Positions 38,936-48,570 of a DNA stretch of 64,000 nt are shown one piece after another (the first letter of the stretch is position 1; each line of letters starts with the position of its first letter). Origin of the DNA: Planctomycetota bacterium (GTDB taxonomy: Bacteria > Planctomycetota > UBA1135 > UBA2386); contig OZ245838.1 in NCBI GenBank assembly GCA_965228735.1, positions 5,440,001 through 5,504,000 of the forward strand, written 5' to 3'. A program made the translations under genes and the position numbers. Under the pieces are notes generated by a model. The model made no database searches. It saw nothing but the letters and a program-made list of their open reading frames with translations, and was not told the DNA's origin.

Positions 38936-41900
38936 AGATCCTCGCGATCCGCGGTCACAACCTCGCGAGCCTGGCGCGTGAGTTCGAGGTCGACCTCGAA
39001 GCCGGCGATCTCGGTAGCGCTGGCATCTTCGCGATCTGCGGCCCCGTCGGCGCCGGTAAGAGCACCCTGCTCGACGCGCTCTGCCTCGCGTTGTTCGATC
39101 GCACGCCGCGGTTGTCGGGGCGCGGCGGCGTCGCCGTCGCCGAGGCCGAGCTGCCGGCCGCCCACTGGCTGCACAGCCACGATCCGCGCACGCTGCTGAG
39201 ACGTGGCGCCGCATCCGGGTACGCGGAGGTCGATTTCACGGGCCGAGATGGCCAGCGCTATCGATCACGCTGGTCCGTGCGGCGGGCGCGCCGACAGGCC
39301 GATGGCCGGATCCAGCCGCAAGAACTCGTGCTCACCGACATCGACCGGGGTGTCGTCGTCGCGGGTGGCGGCAAGGGCGAGGTGCTCAACGCGATCCGGG
39401 CGCGGCTCGGTCTCGACTTCGCGCAGTTCTGTCGGTCGGTGCTGCTCGCGCAGGGCGACTTCGCGGCGTTCCTCGCGGCGCCGGCGGACGAGCGCGCGAG
39501 TTTGCTCGAGAGCCTCACGGGCGCGGACGTTTACCGCCGCATCTCGCGCGCGGCCCATGAACGCAGTCGGGTCGCGCGACAGCGGGTCGAGCAGCTGCGT
39601 GCGCAGGTCGGGACCCTCGATCTGCTCGATGGCGGCGAACGCGCGCAGCTCGAAGGGCGCGCCGCGGCGTTGACGCAACAGGTCGAGGTCGCCGAGGTCG
39701 CGGTCGAGCTCGCGCAGCAGGTGGTGTCGTGGTATGCCGCGGCTGCGGAGTATCGGCGTGAGGAGCAGGAGCGCACCGCCGATCTGCAGCGAGCGCAGCA
39801 GGACAACCGTGCGGCCGCCAAGGCGCGTGAACGCAACCGGCTGCTCGTGCGCGCGCTGCCGATCGCGCCGCGCGTCGAGGCGCTCACTGCGGCGCAGCAG
39901 GCTGTCGTTGCGGCGGTGCAGCGAGAACAGGAACTCAGCGTCCAGCTCGCCACCGAACGCCAGGTCGCGACCGAGCTCGAGCGCGCAGCGCGCGCGCAGG
40001 TCGAGCGCGTGTTCGGCGTCGAGGCGTCGGCGGCGCCACCGATGCTCGTCGCCGAGTTCGAGCGTTGGCAGCCGACGTTCGCGCGGTGGTTGCGTCGGCA
40101 CGCCGAGTGGCGCGCTTTCGGGGTGTCCACGGCGGCCGCGGCGATGGCCGAGCGCGATGCCGCCGATGCGGCCAAGGCGGCGGCGGCAAACCTGGAAGCG
40201 GCCGAGTTTCGCGAGCTGCCAGCGCGCCGCCAGCGCTTGCTCGCCGAGCGCGAGGCCGTCGCCGCGATCACTGCCGCGGTGCGCGAGTGGCAGGGAGCGC
40301 GCTCGGTCGCGAGCGAGCGCCAGGCCGAGCTCACCCGACTCGAGGGCGAGCGCGAACGGTTGGCTCGAGGGTTCGACGAGCTCGCGCGCGCCGTCGAGGT
40401 CGCGGACCGGGAACTGCACGCCGCGCAGCAGGCTGCCGAGCACGCGCGGATCCGCGGCGATCTCGCCGCGTTCCGCGAACACCTCGAGTCCGGCGAGCCG
40501 TGTCCGCTCTGTGGTTCGATCGAGCATCCCCATCCCGTCGATGCGCCGTCGCCCTCCGGCTCTGGCAATGACAACCCCGAGACGGCGGCCGTCGAGCGGG
40601 CCCAGAAGCAGCGCGAAGCCGCGCGCGACGCGGTGGCCGCGCGTGAGGCCGAGCGGCGGGCGTGTGAGCGCGCGCTTCGGGCGGCGCGCTCGGCCGCGGA
40701 GCGCGCGGCGGATGCCGTTGCCGCGTGTGAGCGCGTGGCGGTCGAGGCTCTCGGTGGGGCGGGCGCGATGGCTCGCGGAGCTCGCGAGTCGGAGCTTCGC
40801 GAGCGGCCAGCGGCCGCGGAGTCCGCCGACGAACCGGAAGCCTCCGTCACGTTGACCGAGACCGAGGCCGTGGCCGTTGCCGAGCGTCGCACGGCCGGGC
40901 TCGCCGATGAAGAACGTGCCGTCGCCGCGTTGGCCGATCGTCACGACGAACTCCGGGCCGCGTACCAGACCGCCGTCGATGCCGAGCGGCGGGCGCAGTC
41001 AGCGGGCACGGCGGCGGCCGCGTTCCTCGAGGCGAACGAGGAGCTCGCGCCAGCGCTCGTTGGAGTCAGCGATCCAGTGCAGCGGCTCGCGGCACTGATC
41101 GAGGATGCCGGCTCACCGGCAGCAGGCGATGCTGCGGTGCGCGATTTGGTCTCTGCGCACGAGCAGAGCGCTCTGGCCGCGACCCGCGCCGCGACCTTGG
41201 AGCGTGAACTCGTCGATGCGGCGGCGGCGCGCCAGGCCCGGGAGGGTGAGTTCGCCGCGGTGAGCGCCGAGGTCGAGGCCGCCGCACGGGCGGCCGAGAT
41301 CACGGTTGGCTCGGTTCGCGAGGCGGCCGCCGTTGGCGCCGCGGCCGTCCTGGCGGAACAGCAAGAACTCGACCGACTGCAGGCCGCCGAAGAACAGGCG
41401 CGGGCCGTCGTGCAGCAATGCGCCCGCGTTCGCGGCCGCCACGAACGCACGAACCGGCCCGCGATCGACGAGGGCGACGCGGCGCAGGCGCTCGAGGATT
41501 CGCGATCCGCGCGGCAGAAGGCGCGCACCGAGCGCGACGACGTGCGCGATCGGTTGAGTGCCGACGACTTCCTTCGGCGGCAACGCGAAGAGCTCGCGCC
41601 GCGTCTCCGCGCCGCCGAACGCGAGTGCGAGACCTGGGTCGCGCTCGACGAGCTCATCGGGCACAGTCGCGGTGATCGGTTCGCGGTGTTCGCCCAGGGG
41701 CTGACCCTCGATCTGCTGCTGCAGGAGGCCAACCGGCGGCTCGCCGATCTCGCGCGCCGCTACCGGCTCGAGAAGAACCGCGGCCGCGACATGGACTTCG
41801 TCGTCGTCGACCTCGATCTCGGCGGTGCTCGCCGCGGCCTGCAGTCGTTGTCCGGTGGCGAGACGTTCCTCGTCTCGCTCGCGCTCGCACTCGCGCTCGC

Positions 41901-42135
41901 GACGCTGGCCGCGCCGCGCTCGCGCGTCGAGACGCTGTTCCTCGACGAGGGGTTCGGCACGCTCGACGCTCAGAACCTCGAGGCCGCACTCGGTGCGCTC
42001 GATTCACTGCAGGCGACGGGCTGCCAGATCGGGATCATCTCGCATGTCGACGGCATCGCTGAGCGCATCGGGACCGTCGTCGACGTGGAGCCCGAGGGCT
42101 CCGGGCAGAGCCGGATTCGCGTTCGGGCGCACTGA
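38932..42135 (+). CDS. sbcC: Nuclease SbcCD subunit C (SMC-like ATPase)
   Basis: Walker A GPVGAGKST, LAQGDF, zinc hook CPLCGS, LSGGE, FLDEGFG, ISH. GTG start overlaps the sbcD stop. Confidence 0.93.
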   Translation: MKILAIRGHNLASLAREFEVDLEAGDLGSAGIFAICGPVGAGKSTLLDALCLALFDRTPRLSGRGGVAVAEAELPAAHWLHSHDPRTLLRRGAASGYAEVDFTGRDGQRYRSRWSVRRARRQADGRIQPQELVLTDIDRGVVVAGGGKGEVLNAIRARLGLDFAQFCRSVLLAQGDFAAFLAAPADERASLLESLTGADVYRRISRAAHERSRVARQRVEQLRAQVGTLDLLDGGERAQLEGRAAALTQQVEVAEVAVELAQQVVSWYAAAAEYRREEQERTADLQRAQQDNRAAAKARERNRLLVRALPIAPRVEALTAAQQAVVAAVQREQELSVQLATERQVATELERAARAQVERVFGVEASAAPPMLVAEFERWQPTFARWLRRHAEWRAFGVSTAAAAMAERDAADAAKAAAANLEAAEFRELPARRQRLLAEREAVAAITAAVREWQGARSVASERQAELTRLEGERERLARGFDELARAVEVADRELHAAQQAAEHARIRGDLAAFREHLESGEPCPLCGSIEHPHPVDAPSPSGSGNDNPETAAVERAQKQREAARDAVAAREAERRACERALRAARSAAERAADAVAACERVAVEALGGAGAMARGARESELRERPAAAESADEPEASVTLTETEAVAVAERRTAGLADEERAVAALADRHDELRAAYQTAVDAERRAQSAGTAAAAFLEANEELAPALVGVSDPVQRLAALIEDAGSPAAGDAAVRDLVSAHEQSALAATRAATLERELVDAAAARQAREGEFAAVSAEVEAAARAAEITVGSVREAAAVGAAAVLAEQQELDRLQAAEEQARAVVQQCARVRGRHERTNRPAIDEGDAAQALEDSRSARQKARTERDDVRDRLSADDFLRRQREELAPRLRAAERECETWVALDELIGHSRGDRFAVFAQGLTLDLLLQEANRRLADLARRYRLEKNRGRDMDFVVVDLDLGGARRGLQSLSGGETFLVSLALALALATLAAPRSRVETLFLDEGFGTLDAQNLEAALGALDSLQATGCQIGIISHVDGIAERIGTVVDVEPEGSGQSRIRVRAH

Positions 42136-42155
42136 CCGGATAAGGTCCGCCGCCG

Positions 42156-43460
42156 ATGCCCGAGGCCAAAGCCCCGCGCCGTGTTTCGCTGTCGACGAAG
42201 ATCCTCGTCGGCCTGCTCATCGGTTTGATCGCCGGAGTCGCGCTCAACCTCGCGTACGCCCCCGAACTCGGGCAGCCGCCGTCCGCGACGTGGACCGAGA
42301 TCGACTGGTTCGCCGATCGCATCAGCAAGCCGATCGGCGACCTGTTCCTGCGGCTGTTGTTCATGGTCGTCGTGCCGATCGTGTTCTGCTCGTTGTTCCT
42401 CGGCGTCGCCGCGCTCGGCAGCGTGCAACGCCTCGGTCGGATGGGCGGGCGGGCCCTGCTGTGGTTCCTCGGCACCGGGTTCGTCTCGGCGATCTTCGGC
42501 GTAGTGCTCGTGACCACGGTCGCGCCCGGGCGACGGCTCGACCCCGCGGTCGCCGAGCAGGTCAAGCAGGAGTACCTCGCGGCCGCGCAGGAGAAGGTGT
42601 CCCAGAGCGCCGCGGCCAAGAGCTGGCTCGAAGTGCTCGTCGAGATCGTGCCGACGAACGTGATCGGCGCCGCCAGCAGCAACAGCGGATTGCTGAGCCT
42701 CATCCTGTTCGCCGTGCTGCTCGGCGCGGCATCGATCGCGGTTGCCAGCGAACGCACCCGGGCGTTGCGCGAGGTCGTCGAGGGGCTCTACGAGCTCTGT
42801 ATCAAGCTGCTCGATTGGGCGATGCGGCTCGCCCCGCTCGGCGTGCTGGGGCTGATCTTCCACGCGGCCGTCAAGCTCGGTCTGCCCGTGATGCGCCTCG
42901 TGGGTTGGTACTTCGTCACCGTGATGGCGGGCCTCGTGGTGCTGCAGTTCGTCCTGCTGCCGTTGCTCGCATGGTGGTTCGGCAAGGTGTCACCGGTGCG
43001 CTTCCTGAAGCAGTGTCGCGGCCTGTTCGTGACCGCGTTCTCCACGTCGTCATCGAACGCCACGATGCCCACGACGATGCGCACCGCCGAGATCGAGTTC
43101 GGGGTCAGCAAGTCGACCGCCGGTTTCGTCATGCCGCTCGGGGCGACGATGAACATGAACGGCACCGCGATGTTCCTCTGCGTCGTCGTGCTGTTCCTCG
43201 GTCAGGTCGCTGGCGTCACGCTCGAGTTCGGCGACTACGCGCTCGTGATCGGCATGGCGATGCTCGTCGCGATCGGCGCGGCCGGCGTGCCCGGGGGCTC
43301 GCTGCCGTTGATCGCGATCGTGCTCCTGCGCGTCGGCGTGCCGCCCGAACTGCTGGCGCTGATCCTCGGCGTGGATCGCATCGTCGACATGACGCGGACG
43401 CTGCCGAACATCACGAGTGATCTCGTCTGCAGCATCTGGCTCGAGCGCGACTCCGCGTAG
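42156..43460 (+). CDS. Dicarboxylate/amino acid:cation symporter (DAACS/GltP family)
   Basis: AFSTSSSNAT.P, PLGATMNMNGTA, AAGVPGG, GVDRIVDM.RT..N. Confidence 0.92.
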   Translation: MPEAKAPRRVSLSTKILVGLLIGLIAGVALNLAYAPELGQPPSATWTEIDWFADRISKPIGDLFLRLLFMVVVPIVFCSLFLGVAALGSVQRLGRMGGRALLWFLGTGFVSAIFGVVLVTTVAPGRRLDPAVAEQVKQEYLAAAQEKVSQSAAAKSWLEVLVEIVPTNVIGAASSNSGLLSLILFAVLLGAASIAVASERTRALREVVEGLYELCIKLLDWAMRLAPLGVLGLIFHAAVKLGLPVMRLVGWYFVTVMAGLVVLQFVLLPLLAWWFGKVSPVRFLKQCRGLFVTAFSTSSSNATMPTTMRTAEIEFGVSKSTAGFVMPLGATMNMNGTAMFLCVVVLFLGQVAGVTLEFGDYALVIGMAMLVAIGAAGVPGGSLPLIAIVLLRVGVPPELLALILGVDRIVDMTRTLPNITSDLVCSIWLERDSA

Positions 43461-43484
43461 CTGCGTCGCAGCCGATCGCTGCGG

Positions 43485-43859
43485 TCAGCTGCCTGGGCCG
43501 CACGGGAACTCGGGTTGATCGACGACATATCCGAGGAAGCGAACCTTGCGGATCGTCACCGGATGGAACGTCAGTCCCGTGCATCGCCAGACGACGAGCA
43601 CCCGTGGTCGCTCACGGGCATCGCCGGGATTGAATCCGGTGTGCGGCGCCGGTCGGCGATGCGCGGGAGTGAAGAGGTGCCAGGTCGGCCACGTCGGCGC
43701 GCCGCTGCAGCCGAGCGGTGACCCACTCGACTCCCATCGCGCCGGGGTCGGGATCGAACCGAAGTCGTAGCAACCGGTCTGGGCCCGCACTGCCGGCAGG
43801 ATCATGAGGAGCATGACGAGGCCGAGGCAGAGCAAGAGTCGATTTCGCAGAGGTCTCAC
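43485..43859 (-). CDS. Small secreted Cys-containing hypothetical protein
   Basis: Signal peptide (RLLLCLGLVMLLMILPAVRA-Q) and four Cys in the mature part. Confidence 0.55.
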   Translation of the reverse strand: MRPLRNRLLLCLGLVMLLMILPAVRAQTGCYDFGSIPTPARWESSGSPLGCSGAPTWPTWHLFTPAHRRPAPHTGFNPGDARERPRVLVVWRCTGLTFHPVTIRKVRFLGYVVDQPEFPCGPGS

Positions 43860-44030
43860 ACCCTCGTGCAGTCGGATGGCCAAGAACGGGTCGGAAAAAG
43901 GTCCGTAGTTCCGGAACGCAGGGGTGCAGCCGCGACTCGGCCCTGACGCCGCTGGCACCGGGCGCTTCGAGCACCCATGCAACTGGCGTCCAGTTGGTCC
44001 GGGAGCGGGCCCGATAGCGCTGGCGTAGCC

Positions 44031-44699
44031 ATGCCCAGAGGACTCGCGTTCGCCCTGACGTTCGTCGTGCTCGTTGCCTGCGGGGCAGGCGAGCCGAGGA
44101 GCAGCAGTGCGCCGCCCGCCACGGGTCGAGCGCCGCGCCGCCAGCCCGGCGCGACGCCGATCGTGCAGCCGCGGGTCGCGGCCGCCGCGCCGATGCCGCG
44201 CCGCACGGGCCAAGAGGAGTACTTCCGCCAGCGGATCATCGACGAGTTCCTGATGCGGTTGCGCGACCTCACGGAAGCCGAGCCGGTTCTGCGGGCGGTA
44301 CGCGAGGCCAACGAGCGGCCGGATCGAGCGCTCGCCGAGCTGCAGGAGCTCGACGCTCGATGGCGGGCCGCGCGCGACCCGGCGTTCTTCGCCCCCTACC
44401 TCGAGAGCGAATGCGCAGTCTACCTCCAATCCGTGACTGCGGATCACCCACGGATTCCCGAGGTGTTCGTGATGGACGACGTCGGCGGGCTCGTTGCGAG
44501 CTCGGCGAAGACGTCGGACTACTGGCAGGGCGACGAAGCCAAGTGGCAGCAGTCGTTCAACAAGGGGAAAGGCCAGCTGTTCGTCGATGAGATCGCCTAC
44601 GACGAGAGCACGCGTGAGTACGTCGTGCAGATCTCACTGCCGATCTTCGACGACGGCAAGACGATCGGGGCCATGACCGCGAGCGTCATCTGTCGATGA
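44031..44699 (+). CDS. Stand-alone PDC/Cache-like sensor lipoprotein
   Basis: Lipobox LVAC, EVFVMD..G, TSDYWQGDEAKW, YDEST...VQIS.P. Coupled to the downstream kinase. Confidence 0.75.
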   Translation: MPRGLAFALTFVVLVACGAGEPRSSSAPPATGRAPRRQPGATPIVQPRVAAAAPMPRRTGQEEYFRQRIIDEFLMRLRDLTEAEPVLRAVREANERPDRALAELQELDARWRAARDPAFFAPYLESECAVYLQSVTADHPRIPEVFVMDDVGGLVASSAKTSDYWQGDEAKWQQSFNKGKGQLFVDEIAYDESTREYVVQISLPIFDDGKTIGAMTASVICR

Positions 44700-47374
44700 T
44701 GAGCGTCTCCGAGACAGAGCCGGGGTCGTCGACGTCCGAGGAGCTCGGGCGGTCCGGCGGCAAGTGGTGGTACCTCGTCGGCATCTTCGCGGCCGTCGTC
44801 GTCCCGCTGCTCATTCACGACGCGGCGACGTCGACGATCATTCACCGTGAACTCGCGGATTCGGGCCGGCGGCAGAGCCGTGCCGTGCTCGCCGGTGTGG
44901 CGAACAACGTGCGGATGTTCTTCGCCGAGTGCCTCAACCTCGGTGAGTCGTTCGCGGACGCGAAGGCCGTTCGTGACGCGTTCGAGTTCGAGCGCGAGAA
45001 CGGCTTCGTCCCGTTGACCCTCGTCGACCGGATCGGTCAGAACGTCGCGCGCTCCGGTGCGTTCGACGCGGTCATCATGCTTTCTCGCGACGGCCGCGCG
45101 ATCGGTGCGACCGCGGCGGTCGACGGCGCCGCGCTGGACTCCGTGTTGCGCAACGCGATCAACAGCGGGCCGAGCGGGACGGTCGCCGTGGAGAGCGCGA
45201 ACGACGTGCGGCTCGCGACGTTCGTCGAGGTGCGGGACGTGCAGGACGGTCACTCGATCGGCATGGTCGTGTGCTTCCTGCGATCGCAACGACTGCTCGA
45301 GGTGATCGACACCGCGACGTTCGGTCACGACTCGAGCGGGTTCACGTTCGTGCTCGACTCGCAGCAGCGCCGCCTCGCCGAAGGCAGTCCGGCGGGGGCG
45401 TCGACACTAGCGCAGGGGGCGGCGATCGCCGTCGAGCCGCTCGACCTGTCTGCCGAGCTACAGCAGACGATCCGGGCAGGCGAGGGTGTCGACTGGCGTG
45501 AGGAGCACGTCTTCGGTCGCGGCCACTTCGTCACCACGGTCCCGCTCGGCATCGCGGACTGGAGTCTCGCATTCGCCGTCAGCAAGGCCGACTTCCTGCG
45601 GCCGATCGAGGACGCGACCAGCTCGACGCTGTTCGCCGGTTTCTTCGCGCTGCTCGGCGCCGTCGGTCTCGCATGGAGCAGCGCGTGGGCGATGCGACAG
45701 CACGTGCGCCGGCTGACGCTCGTTGCGCACGATCTCGATCAGGCCGGGCAGGCTGCGGATGCCGCGAGCAAATCGAAGAGCGAGTTCCTCGCGAACATGA
45801 GCCACGAGATCCGGACGCCGATGAACGGCGTTCTCGGGATGGCCGAGCTGCTGCTCGCGACGGAGTTGTCGGGACAGCAGCAGGACTACGCGATCACGGT
45901 TCGCAACTCGGCCGAGGCCCTGCTCGGGATCATCAACGACGTTCTCGACTACTCCAAGCTCGAGGCCGGTCTGTTCACCCTCGAGTGCATCGAGTTCGAC
46001 CTCGGTGACTGCGTCGAGGACGTTGCGCAGCTGCTCGCCGTGCAGGCCCGCGCCAAGGGCCTCGAGCTCATCGTCCAGTACGCGCCGACCGCGCCGCGCG
46101 CCGTGAAGGGCGATCCGGTCCGTATCCGACAGGTGCTGACGAACCTGCTCGGAAACGCGATCAAGTTCACGCGCGAGGGGCAGGTCGTGATCGGCGTCGA
46201 ATGCGAACTCGGAACGGACGGCGCGGCCGGCACGTTCCGCATCCGGGTCGAGGACACCGGCATCGGGATCGCGGAGGACAAGCTCGCGCTCGTGTTCGAC
46301 AAGTTCGTGCAAGCGGACTCGTCGACGACGCGCCACTACGGCGGCACGGGCCTCGGCCTCTCGATCAGCCGGATGCTCGTCGAGCGCATGGGGGGGCGGG
46401 TCGAGGTCCGCAGCGCCCAGGGCGTCGGTTCGGTGTTCACGGTCATCGTGGAGCTCGCGACCGGCGAGGGCGGCGCCGAGGTCTCGCCGAGCAGCCTCGA
46501 AGGGCGGCGCGCGCTCATCGTGGACGACAACGAGGTCAATCGCGCGGTGCTGCACGACCACCTCGTTACCTGGGGTGTGCAGTGTGACATCGCCGCGAGC
46601 GCGGAGGACGGCCTGCAGCTGCTCGAAGCCCGCGCCGCGGCGAAGGAACGCATCGATCTGCTGCTCGTCGATCAGGAGATGCCGGGCATGCGCGGCTCGG
46701 AGTTCAGCTCGGTCGTGCGTGAACGCAAGCTCGCGCCGGATGGCAAGCTCCTGCTCTTGAGTTCGTCCGCGGCCGTGATGGACGAGTCGTTCCGCAAGGA
46801 GCACGGCCTCGACGAGTGCCTGGCAAAGCCCGTGCGACGGAAGCAGCTGCAGCAGCGCATCCTCGCGTCATTGCAGCCTGGCGACGGCCAGGGCAGCAAG
46901 CGGCCGCAGCCGCTCGACACGGCCGTTCCGCCCGGGCTCCGGGTGCTCGTCGCCGAGGACAACCCGATCAATCAGAAGGTCGCCCGTCAGCATCTCGAGC
47001 GGTTGGGCTGCGAGGTCACGATGGTCGCGGACGGCATCGACGCGCTGCAGCAGGCCTGCTATCACAGCTTCGATCTGATCTTCATGGACTGCCACATGCC
47101 GGTCATGGACGGCTTCAAGGCGACGCGCGCGCTGCGCGAGATCCAGCCCGCGGAGGATCGGACGACCGTGCTCGCGCTGACGGCGAGCGCGCTCGACGAA
47201 GACCGGCAGCGGTGTCAGGAGGCCGGGATGGACGACTTCCTGTCGAAGCCGATCAAGCGCACGGTCCTCGAGGAGATGATCATGCGCTGGACGGTCCACC
47301 GCGGGACTGAATCCGACGGTGCTGCGGGTGAACTCGGCAGTGGGTTCCGCACCGGCGCGTCGCCGACGCCCTAG
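44696..47374 (+). CDS. Hybrid sensor histidine kinase with two receiver domains
   Basis: Two transmembrane helices around a Cache-like region, FLANMSHEIRTPMNG, NLLGNAIKFT, GGTGLGL, two REC domains. Confidence 0.93.
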   Translation: MMSVSETEPGSSTSEELGRSGGKWWYLVGIFAAVVVPLLIHDAATSTIIHRELADSGRRQSRAVLAGVANNVRMFFAECLNLGESFADAKAVRDAFEFERENGFVPLTLVDRIGQNVARSGAFDAVIMLSRDGRAIGATAAVDGAALDSVLRNAINSGPSGTVAVESANDVRLATFVEVRDVQDGHSIGMVVCFLRSQRLLEVIDTATFGHDSSGFTFVLDSQQRRLAEGSPAGASTLAQGAAIAVEPLDLSAELQQTIRAGEGVDWREEHVFGRGHFVTTVPLGIADWSLAFAVSKADFLRPIEDATSSTLFAGFFALLGAVGLAWSSAWAMRQHVRRLTLVAHDLDQAGQAADAASKSKSEFLANMSHEIRTPMNGVLGMAELLLATELSGQQQDYAITVRNSAEALLGIINDVLDYSKLEAGLFTLECIEFDLGDCVEDVAQLLAVQARAKGLELIVQYAPTAPRAVKGDPVRIRQVLTNLLGNAIKFTREGQVVIGVECELGTDGAAGTFRIRVEDTGIGIAEDKLALVFDKFVQADSSTTRHYGGTGLGLSISRMLVERMGGRVEVRSAQGVGSVFTVIVELATGEGGAEVSPSSLEGRRALIVDDNEVNRAVLHDHLVTWGVQCDIAASAEDGLQLLEARAAAKERIDLLLVDQEMPGMRGSEFSSVVRERKLAPDGKLLLLSSSAAVMDESFRKEHGLDECLAKPVRRKQLQQRILASLQPGDGQGSKRPQPLDTAVPPGLRVLVAEDNPINQKVARQHLERLGCEVTMVADGIDALQQACYHSFDLIFMDCHMPVMDGFKATRALREIQPAEDRTTVLALTASALDEDRQRCQEAGMDDFLSKPIKRTVLEEMIMRWTVHRGTESDGAAGELGSGFRTGASPTP

Positions 47375-47404
47375 ACTAGACTAGTCTAGTTGTCGGTCGG
47401 CGCC

Positions 47405-47647
47405 CTACTCCGGCAGTCCGCTGTGGGTGCCGTCGCAAAAGGGCTTGTTCGCGCTGTGCTTGCAGCCGCACCAGGCGATCTTCTTGCCCGCCTCGATCAC
47501 TTCGATCTTGGGCACTATCCCGGTGCCGGCGTGGGCGCCGTCACAGTAGGGCTGGGTCTTGCTGCGCCCGCACGCGCACCAGGCGTAGGTCCCGGGTTCG
47601 ACGTCGAGGACGTAGGGGGTGCGCGATGCGATCTTGGGTTCGGCCAT
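47405..47647 (-). CDS. CDGSH iron-sulfur domain protein (two CDGSH motifs)
   Basis: [17 protein letters not shown] and [17 protein letters not shown]. Confidence 0.92.
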   Translation of the reverse strand: MAEPKIASRTPYVLDVEPGTYAWCACGRSKTQPYCDGAHAGTGIVPKIEVIEAGKKIAWCGCKHSANKPFCDGTHSGLPE

Positions 47648-47690
47648 GCATTGCATTGTGCGGGATCGGGTCTGGTGATTCACTGCCAGC

Positions 47691-48014
47691 ATGGATCTCG
47701 ACCCGCAGGCTCGGATGAACCTCATGAAGTTCGTCTGCTCGTTCGCGTGGACCGACCTCAAGGTCACGCAGGCCGAACGCGACATGGTCATGCGCATCTC
47801 GGGGCGGCTCGGATTGAACAACGACGAGACCGCGCAGGTGCAGCGCTGGCTCGAGGTGCCGCCGGCCCCCGACGATGTCGATCCGACGCTCGTGCCGCCC
47901 GAGCATCGCCAGGCGTTCCTCTCCGCGCTCGAGGCGACGGCGCATGCCGACGGCGCGGTGCCGCCGGCCGAACGCGAGACGCTCGCGTTGTTCCGCGAGT
48001 TGCTCGGCGGCTGA
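47691..48014 (+). CDS. TerB-like protein
   Basis: [12 protein letters not shown] and [12 protein letters not shown] motifs. Confidence 0.75.
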   Translation: MDLDPQARMNLMKFVCSFAWTDLKVTQAERDMVMRISGRLGLNNDETAQVQRWLEVPPAPDDVDPTLVPPEHRQAFLSALEATAHADGAVPPAERETLALFRELLGG

Positions 48015-48082
48015 CCGCGCGCCTCCCGGCGAGCGGGGGCCCGTCACTCGGGCCCGCGCTGCTGGGGTGAACGCCGCCCGGC

Positions 48083-48559
48083 TCAGCGCGCCACGACCGC
48101 GCCCGGCGTCGGACCGACGTGCGCGACGCGCGTCATCGCGTCGTGGCGGCCGAGGTCCGGGCGCCACACCATCTGCGTCGTGCTGAACGAGCCGTTCGCG
48201 TGCTCGTACCACTCGACGCCGGCCTCGCTGCGCTGCACGCCGACGATCGGGCTCCACGGCTTCGGGCCCCAGAACGTGGCCAGCGGCGCGGCGTCGACGG
48301 CGCCGTTGAGGGTCTGCACGAACGAACCGTCCGGCAGCTCGAGGAGTTTGCTGCGGTCCTCGGGGGTTTCGGGGGCTTCGGGGGCCGACGGCGCGGCTGA
48401 CCCGGCGAGCGGCGCGGGCGCGTCGACATTGGCGGTCACGGCGGCAGCGGGAGTGGCCCCGGGCGTCGACGTCGGGGTGGGCCGCGTGCCGAGCCACAGT
48501 TGGCCCAAGCCGAGCACCGAGATCCCGGCGAGCGCGAGGATCGTGAGTGGGGTCTTCAT
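48083..48559 (-). CDS. Hypothetical membrane-anchored protein
   Basis: GGAGAG ribosome-binding site, N-terminal hydrophobic segment, Pro/Ala linker. Confidence 0.65.
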   Translation of the reverse strand: MKTPLTILALAGISVLGLGQLWLGTRPTPTSTPGATPAAAVTANVDAPAPLAGSAAPSAPEAPETPEDRSKLLELPDGSFVQTLNGAVDAAPLATFWGPKPWSPIVGVQRSEAGVEWYEHANGSFSTTQMVWRPDLGRHDAMTRVAHVGPTPGAVVAR

Positions 48560-48570
48560 CGCTCGCTCTC

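Noticed and set aside
37529..42135. SMC-like ATPase plus nuclease as a Wadjet/Lamassu-type defence system
   Set aside because: Canonical SbcD and SbcC motifs and gene order indicate housekeeping DNA repair.
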